Positions 58,848 through 64,000 of a DNA stretch of 64,000 nucleotides are shown in pieces. Positions within the stretch are counted from its first letter, which is position 1, and the number at the start of each line of letters is the position of its first letter. The position numbers and the translations under genes were made by a program. Under the pieces are notes generated by a model that was not told the DNA's origin, did no database searches, and saw only the letters and a program-made list of their open reading frames with translations. This DNA is from Nitrospinales bacterium (GTDB lineage Bacteria; Nitrospinota; Nitrospinia; Nitrospinales; VA-1), in contig OZ253496.1 of assembly GCA_965262115.1 (NCBI GenBank), positions 832,001-896,000 of the forward strand, given 5' to 3'.

Positions 58848-59522
58848 TTGAAGGTATCCATCATCGTTCCCACTCTTAATGAAGAGTTTGTTCTCGAGAA
58901 AACCCTGACACAAATCCAACAGCTTTCTCCTCATGAGTTGATTGTCAGCTATGGCGGGAGTGATGATGATACCCGCCTTATTGCCAAAAAGTTCAGCCAC
59001 CGCGTCATCACCGGGTCTGCCGGTCGCGCTATGCAAATGAATGCCGGTGCCGACGAAGCCACCGGTGATCTATTGCTTTTTTTGCATGCCGACAACCGAC
59101 TCGAGCCTGAAAGCTATCGAAAAATGCTGGAGCACATGGAGAATCCTGAATGGATCGGAGGCGCCTTCACACTCTGTATAGAATCCCAAAAATGGTCCAT
59201 CAAGTTGATTGCCCTGTTAGCCAATATCCGCTCGAAATATTTTGGCCTCGCTTATGGTGATCAGGGGTTCTTTGTCCGTAAAGAGGTTTTCAAAAACATG
59301 AATGGATTCTCCCCTCTTCCTATTTGTGAAGATCTTGATTTCTACTGCCGCTTGAGAAAGAAAGGACCTGTTATCTTGCTAAAGGAAAAGACGCATACTT
59401 CCCCAAGACGCTGGATCAAGGAAGGAATCGTTTTCACCACAGCAAGGAATATCCTCATCGCCATCCTGTTCGGCCTGGGGTTCCCGCCGCGCACCCTGAC
59501 CAAATGGTATCCCCCCCACTAG
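58848..59522 (+). CDS. TIGR04283-type family 2 glycosyltransferase
   Basis: SIIVPTLNEE, GRAMQMNAGA, FLHAD, YGDQG, ED, TSPRRW. Confidence 0.85.
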   Translation: MKVSIIVPTLNEEFVLEKTLTQIQQLSPHELIVSYGGSDDDTRLIAKKFSHRVITGSAGRAMQMNAGADEATGDLLLFLHADNRLEPESYRKMLEHMENPEWIGGAFTLCIESQKWSIKLIALLANIRSKYFGLAYGDQGFFVRKEVFKNMNGFSPLPICEDLDFYCRLRKKGPVILLKEKTHTSPRRWIKEGIVFTTARNILIAILFGLGFPPRTLTKWYPPH

Positions 59523-59571
59523 GTGCCCTAGTAGTGCTGGATTCCAATTGTGATCAACGGGTATGCTGGCT

Positions 59572-60000
59572 TCATTCAACTTTCACTTTTTTCTGTTCAA
59601 ACAGGGCATCCAAAATAGGGCAATCAGGCACTACTCCCCCTTCACATTTTGAAGAAATTTCAGCCAATATTTTTTCCAGCTTTTTTAAATCCAAAATCTT
59701 TTGATGAATATTCCCCAGGTGATGAAGAGTGATATCTTCCACCTGCTGACAGGTGTAAGCCCCTCCATCAATTAGTTTCAAAAGGGCTCGGATATCCGCA
59801 AGCGAAAATCCTAGTTCCCTGCACCGACAAATAAATACAAGCCGCTTTAAGTGACTTTCACTATAAATCCGGTGTCCACCTTCTGTTCTGGGCGGTTTCG
59901 GGAAGATTTCAATCTTTTCATAATATCTGATTGTTTCGATCTTACAATTAGTTTGCCTGGACAAAAGCCCAATGCTCAAGTTTTTTTCTTGATTTGGCAT
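59572..60000 (-). CDS. merR: MerR-family metal-responsive regulator (three-Cys MerR/CadR type)
   Basis: IG.LS...ETIRYYE, GGHRIY, RELGFSL; Cys in YTCQQV and KCEGGVVPDCPIL. Confidence 0.9.
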   Translation of the reverse strand: MPNQEKNLSIGLLSRQTNCKIETIRYYEKIEIFPKPPRTEGGHRIYSESHLKRLVFICRCRELGFSLADIRALLKLIDGGAYTCQQVEDITLHHLGNIHQKILDLKKLEKILAEISSKCEGGVVPDCPILDALFEQKKVKVE

Positions 60001-60008
60001 AATAATCC

Positions 60009-60039
60009 TTGAACCTGTAGTTACTACAGGTTCTATATT
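60009..60039 (+). promoter_or_regulatory. MerR-type promoter/operator
   Basis: TTGAAC-19 bp-TATATT containing a perfect 10-bp inverted repeat GAACCTGTAG-TTA-CTACAGGTTC. Confidence 0.92.
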
Positions 60040-60110
60040 ATAAATGAATAAAGGATTTCATGGAAAGGTGAATCTAGCCAAAAGACAAATCAAATTTTAA
60101 GGGGACAACT

Positions 60111-60821
60111 ATGGACAACACAAAAATTGACCACGAAATTACATCTGCTTTTGGGCTTGATATCCCCCCAATAGCAATGGCCTTTGTTGATGATCAACCG
60201 CAGGGAGTGGAAACAATCGAGGAAGAAGTTCCGTCCTTTTGTACTTTTTGGCGCATGGCAGAGAAAAAAGCGTTCTATGCCCCGGCAAATAAACATTATA
60301 ACTGCCCCATAGGAGCCATGGTGTTGGGATTCGAGATGCCCAAAGAGGTACAGGAACAATTGGGTGGTTTGGTTAAAAAAATGTGTGAATGCTCTTACTT
60401 GTCAGAAGATGAGCCTGCAAATATTCCTACCCTTACAGAAAAAAAAGTCGGCGTGGTTTATGGACCCTTGAAAGACTTTCCTGTGGAACCGCAATTGATC
60501 TTGATGTGGTTGAAACCCTCACAGGCAATGATTTACAACAAGGTTTTGGGATGCTGCAAATGGTCTGGAAGTATGGATTCTATGGCATTGGGTCGTCCGG
60601 CTTGCGCTGTGATTCCAACGACCTTAAATAAATCACCTTTTGGCATGTCTTTAGGTTGCACTGGAATGCGTACTTTCACTGAAGTCAGTGATGATCATAT
60701 TCTGGCTACACTCAATTGCAAAGAAATAGATTCCTTCCTGACCAGTCTCCAAACAACTTTATCAGCGAACAAGGAGATGAAAGAATTCTATTTAGATCAT
60801 AAAAAAAATATTACAGGTTAA
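60111..60821 (+). CDS. DUF169 family protein
   Basis: SFC, NCPIG..VLG, YGPL, PACA, SLGCTGMR. Confidence 0.85.
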   Translation: MDNTKIDHEITSAFGLDIPPIAMAFVDDQPQGVETIEEEVPSFCTFWRMAEKKAFYAPANKHYNCPIGAMVLGFEMPKEVQEQLGGLVKKMCECSYLSEDEPANIPTLTEKKVGVVYGPLKDFPVEPQLILMWLKPSQAMIYNKVLGCCKWSGSMDSMALGRPACAVIPTTLNKSPFGMSLGCTGMRTFTEVSDDHILATLNCKEIDSFLTSLQTTLSANKEMKEFYLDHKKNITG

Positions 60822-60876
60822 ATATGGTCCGTTTTCAATTTAAAAGAATTAAAACTTGAATAAAGGAAACAATATT

Positions 60877-61146
60877 ATGCCAAAGAGAAAAGTTGAAGTT
60901 TTTACAAGTGGTTGCCCAATTTGTGAGCCCACCATGGACCTTGTCAAAAGCTTGGCTTGTCCATCGTGTGAAGTCACTGTTTATGATTTAACCAAGGACG
61001 AGAATAAAGAAATTCAAAACAAGGCGGCATTTTATGGAATCGAAAGGATTCCTGCGGTCGCAGTAGATGAAAAATTATTGGAATGCTGCGAAATGAGTTC
61101 GGTTTCTGAAAGCATATTAAGACAGGCAGGGATAGGGAGCGCATAA
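60877..61146 (+). CDS. Small thioredoxin/glutaredoxin-like protein, Cys-rich
   Basis: VEVFTSGCPIC, CPSC, IPAVAVD, ECC. Confidence 0.85.
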   Translation: MPKRKVEVFTSGCPICEPTMDLVKSLACPSCEVTVYDLTKDENKEIQNKAAFYGIERIPAVAVDEKLLECCEMSSVSESILRQAGIGSA

Positions 61147-61174
61147 ATTTTAATTATTTTGGAAGGTTTTTATT

Positions 61175-61807
61175 ATGTCGTTTGTCTACATGAAAATCCT
61201 TGAGTCTCGCCCTGAACGTTACGATATAGGGATGGGTCTTTTGACTCTAGGAACATTGACAAAAATAAAACAGCAGATAGCCGAACATACCCATCCCGGC
61301 GACCACGTTCTCGATTTAGGTTGCGGTACTGGAACTCTCGCGCAAATGTGTATCGAGCGAGGAGCAATAGTGACAGGAGTAGACACCAATAGCGGCATGC
61401 TAGCAGTGGCAAAGAGAAATTCGCCCTCGGCAAACTACCTTAATATTAGCCTTAGCAACCTCGATGAGCATTTAAGGGATGAATCGTTCGATATTATTTT
61501 GAGCACGCTTGCTTTCAGCGAACTGACCCGTGCCGAACGAATTCATGTATTGAAACAGATCAAAAGAATACTGAAAAATGAAGGGAAAGTTCTTATCGGC
61601 GATGAAATAATCCCCGAAAACTTTTTTGCCAAATGCTTTTACTATGCCTTCAGGTTGCCTATGCGGCTTCTTACTTGGATTATGACTCAAACCACAACCA
61701 ATGCCATCTCCAGTTTTGATGATGAAGTTCTTGAAGCAGGCATGCAAATGGTCAATCGTAAACCATTTATGCTGGGCATGTTCATTCTTTTAGAAATTAA
61801 AAAATGA
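61175..61807 (+). CDS. Class I SAM-dependent methyltransferase (UbiE-like)
   Basis: VLDLGCGTG, GVD...ML, SFD. Confidence 0.9.
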   Translation: MSFVYMKILESRPERYDIGMGLLTLGTLTKIKQQIAEHTHPGDHVLDLGCGTGTLAQMCIERGAIVTGVDTNSGMLAVAKRNSPSANYLNISLSNLDEHLRDESFDIILSTLAFSELTRAERIHVLKQIKRILKNEGKVLIGDEIIPENFFAKCFYYAFRLPMRLLTWIMTQTTTNAISSFDDEVLEAGMQMVNRKPFMLGMFILLEIKK

Positions 61808-62673
61808 TTGGCTGGATTAAAGACATATATCAAACCCTTTTTCGGTTTGCCCGATTTCCGTGCGAACCTGAAACAGTGGCTATCGGTAACCCAGACAAAT
61901 CTTCTCCCATTCTCGTCACATGCAATTTTGACTATACGGTCAGGCATCTAAAGGAATATTTGAAAAAAGAAGCTTTAGATTGTTTCCTTTTAGTGGTCAA
62001 TACCCAGGGAACCAATGTCTGGTGTGCAGCCGCCGAAGGTATTTTTACTACCGAAACAGTTCTGGCCCACTTGAAGGTTTACAATGTAGGAGAACTAGTC
62101 AACCACAATCAGTTAATATTGCCGCAATTGTCCGTGGCTGGAGTTAAAAGAAAAGATCTTAAAGAACAAGGCTGGGAAGGCATATACGGCCCAGTTTACT
62201 TTACTGATTTAAAAGAATTTTTAAATAATGGTTTGACCAAGAACAAGGATATGCAGGCTCTCCAGTACGGTTATTGGGAGCGTTTTAAAATGGGCCTCAG
62301 TCATGCAGTTTTCTGTACGCTAGTCTGTATTCTCCCAATTTTTATTTTTGCTTCCGATTGGTGGATACAATCAGTCGCTCTAGTTTGGTATTTCGCTTTC
62401 AGCATGCAACTGGTTGAACATTTTATTCCCCTCGAAAGATTGCTGCATAAAGGTCTAGTGCTTTCCTTGCCAATTTTAGTCCTTGCACTAACTTCTATTT
62501 CCGATCCTGTTTTGAAAATACAGGCAACGTCTGGAATTATTGCCCTGGGAGCCTATATTGGATATGATGCGCAAGGTCATTCACATTTTGGGCAAAACCA
62601 GCAATCCGGTAAAATTTTTGCCAGAATTTTCGGCTTTTTGGTTCTGGTTTATGGAGGAACATTATTGATATGA
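61804..62673 (+). CDS. hgcA: HgcA-like corrinoid-binding protein with C-terminal TM helices
   Basis: GNPDKSSPILVTCN, GTNVWCAAAEG cap helix, LILPQLSVAGV, GPV, then 4-5 TM helices. Confidence 0.85.
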   Translation: MIGWIKDIYQTLFRFARFPCEPETVAIGNPDKSSPILVTCNFDYTVRHLKEYLKKEALDCFLLVVNTQGTNVWCAAAEGIFTTETVLAHLKVYNVGELVNHNQLILPQLSVAGVKRKDLKEQGWEGIYGPVYFTDLKEFLNNGLTKNKDMQALQYGYWERFKMGLSHAVFCTLVCILPIFIFASDWWIQSVALVWYFAFSMQLVEHFIPLERLLHKGLVLSLPILVLALTSISDPVLKIQATSGIIALGAYIGYDAQGHSHFGQNQQSGKIFARIFGFLVLVYGGTLLI

Positions 62674-62858
62674 AAAAATATGTAGATTGGGACAAAATAG
62701 AAGAAGATACCGTTTCCGCTGAAGAAGCTTGTGAATGCACGAGAAGCAAATTGCAATCACTGATTGATTTCGTGGTGGAATTATTACCCAAAAAAAAGGA
62801 ATCCTCTTGTTGTGATGAAATGAATCAAGAAGATAAGTGCCGATGCAATGACAGCTGA
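62670..62858 (+). CDS. Small Cys-rich protein in the hgcB position, without ferredoxin motifs
   Basis: ATGA overlap with the hgcA-like gene; CEC, CC and CRC present, no CxxCxxCxxxC. Confidence 0.65.
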   Translation: MKKYVDWDKIEEDTVSAEEACECTRSKLQSLIDFVVELLPKKKESSCCDEMNQEDKCRCNDS

Positions 62859-63276
62859 CACAACAGGAACAGCAAAAAAGATTGTGACTTCCATTTGCCC
62901 CACCTGTGGTTGTTCTTTAGTTCGGCTGGGAATAGGTTCGGACCGATGGGCACAGACTAATTATGAAGGCAAGGAATATTTCTTTTGTTGCCAAGGCTGC
63001 GCCGACCTGTTTAATGAAGAACCCCCAAGATATCTTCAAGAAACCAAAGATTTGGTGGTGTGTCCGACCTGCTTAGCAGAAAAACCGGTGCAATGGACTG
63101 TGCGTATGGAAATTGCAGGGTGGGAAGCATATTTTTGCCGATGCCCCTACTGCCCGGAAGTATTCCAAAAGGATCCCGATCACTACGTCAAACGTTTACA
63201 GGGTGAGATCCCCTATGATGGCGTGTTCGGTCAAGCTGGATGTTGCTCCTCTGACGAATTCGAGCCGACCAAATAA
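62848..63276 (+). CDS. Tandem YHS/TRASH-domain metal-binding protein
   Basis: CPTCG...YEGKEYFFCCQGC, then CPTC...AYFCRCPYC; C-terminal CC. Confidence 0.85.
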   Translation: MTADTTGTAKKIVTSICPTCGCSLVRLGIGSDRWAQTNYEGKEYFFCCQGCADLFNEEPPRYLQETKDLVVCPTCLAEKPVQWTVRMEIAGWEAYFCRCPYCPEVFQKDPDHYVKRLQGEIPYDGVFGQAGCCSSDEFEPTK

Positions 63277-63344
63277 AGAGTTCTGGCGGCTAGTAATATT
63301 CTACCTCCGTCTTCATGAGCCTGCTATGTCCCTTCCCACGCGAG

Positions 63345-63473
63345 TCAGAGGACTTCGGTGAATACCAGGATCATCCAGATGACCAGAACAACATTGAAGA
63401 TCACCCCAACATGAAAAAATATATTGAAGAACCGGCTGTAGGTGAATTTATAGTTTTGGTTTTGCTCAGTCAT
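63345..63473 (-). CDS. 42-aa single-TM protein (not in the ORF track)
   Basis: MTEQNQNYKFTYSRFFNIFFHVGVIFNVVLVIWMILVFTEVL, starting 3 bp after the LRR gene stop. Confidence 0.6.
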   Translation of the reverse strand: MTEQNQNYKFTYSRFFNIFFHVGVIFNVVLVIWMILVFTEVL

Positions 63474-63476
63474 GAT

Positions 63477-64000
63477 TCAGTCCATCACCAGAGTGGTTAA
63501 ACGTTTTGCCAGTTCTGATCCTCGAATGATCTTGCGCACAGGGCGTTCTATAAAGTTTAGACTCATATAAAGTCGTTCCAGATTCATAAAAGTTTGCGAC
63601 TCGGCAATCGCCTTACCACCCTCGTCCCGAATCTCATTGCGCCAAATACTCAGGACATTAAGGTTTTTCAGGCTTGCAGATTTCGCCAGGGCAATGGCCC
63701 CCGCATCCCCCATTTTATTCGAGCACAAATACAGTTTTTTCAGATGGGTCAAACACGGGCTTTCTGCAATCGCCTGGATTCCCTCATCGCCGATCCCAGT
63801 GCTGTCGAGATGGAGCGCCTGTAAGCGGGGCAGTTGCTCCGAACAGGCCACGACCCGAGCCCCTTGGGGACCAATCGGGTTGGAGTCCAGAAACAGGACT
63901 TCCAGGTTTTTAAGGTTTTGGGAACCGGCCAGAGCTTCGGCACCCTGGGTTCCGATATTATTAGCTTCCAGCATCAGGCATTTCAGGTTTTTCAATAAAT
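63477..64000 (-). CDS. Leucine-rich repeat protein (RNI/GALA-like), 5' end outside the window
   Basis: 28-aa repeats L..L.L..N.IG..GA.ALA.S. Confidence 0.9.
   Translation of the reverse strand, partial: LLKNLKCLMLEANNIGTQGAEALAGSQNLKNLEVLFLDSNPIGPQGARVVACSEQLPRLQALHLDSTGIGDEGIQAIAESPCLTHLKKLYLCSNKMGDAGAIALAKSASLKNLNVLSIWRNEIRDEGGKAIAESQTFMNLERLYMSLNFIERPVRKIIRGSELAKRLTTLVMD

Noticed and set aside
59572..63276. Classical mer resistance operon
   Set aside because: No merA, merB, merT or merP homolog is recognisable

Overview
Bacterial chromosome segment, most likely from a Nitrospina-like (Nitrospinota) organism; this is inferred from gene content, chiefly the hgcA-like locus and its context. 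Most of the window is housekeeping genes: rnd, tsaB, a cysK-thrC-sulfur carrier-moeB-cysM cluster, a heterodimeric ABC exporter, manC, PBP1A, birA, ispB, rsmD-mnmA-suhB, speA, lysA and two tRNAs. Main points of interest: (1) a MerR-controlled operon (59.6-63.3 kb) with a perfect MerR-type promoter driving DUF169, a thioredoxin-like protein, a SAM methyltransferase, an HgcA-like corrinoid protein, a small Cys-rich ORF lacking HgcB ferredoxin motifs, and a YHS protein; (2) a dense family of modular palindromic repeats that nest inside each other, supply stop codons and sit in-frame inside a gene; (3) widespread gene erosion by internal deletion and frameshift (maf, ino1, HDOD, truncated globin, SPFH, thermonuclease); (4) a decayed integration hotspot at 41.6-46.1 kb with tRNA-Ala and tRNA-Pro 3' fragments; (5) a Rieske-less cytochrome b operon, a radical SAM protein with a DUF512-like tail, an unannotated 43-aa lipoprotein and two candidate structured RNAs. 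All family assignments are from motif recognition by eye; no database searches were run.
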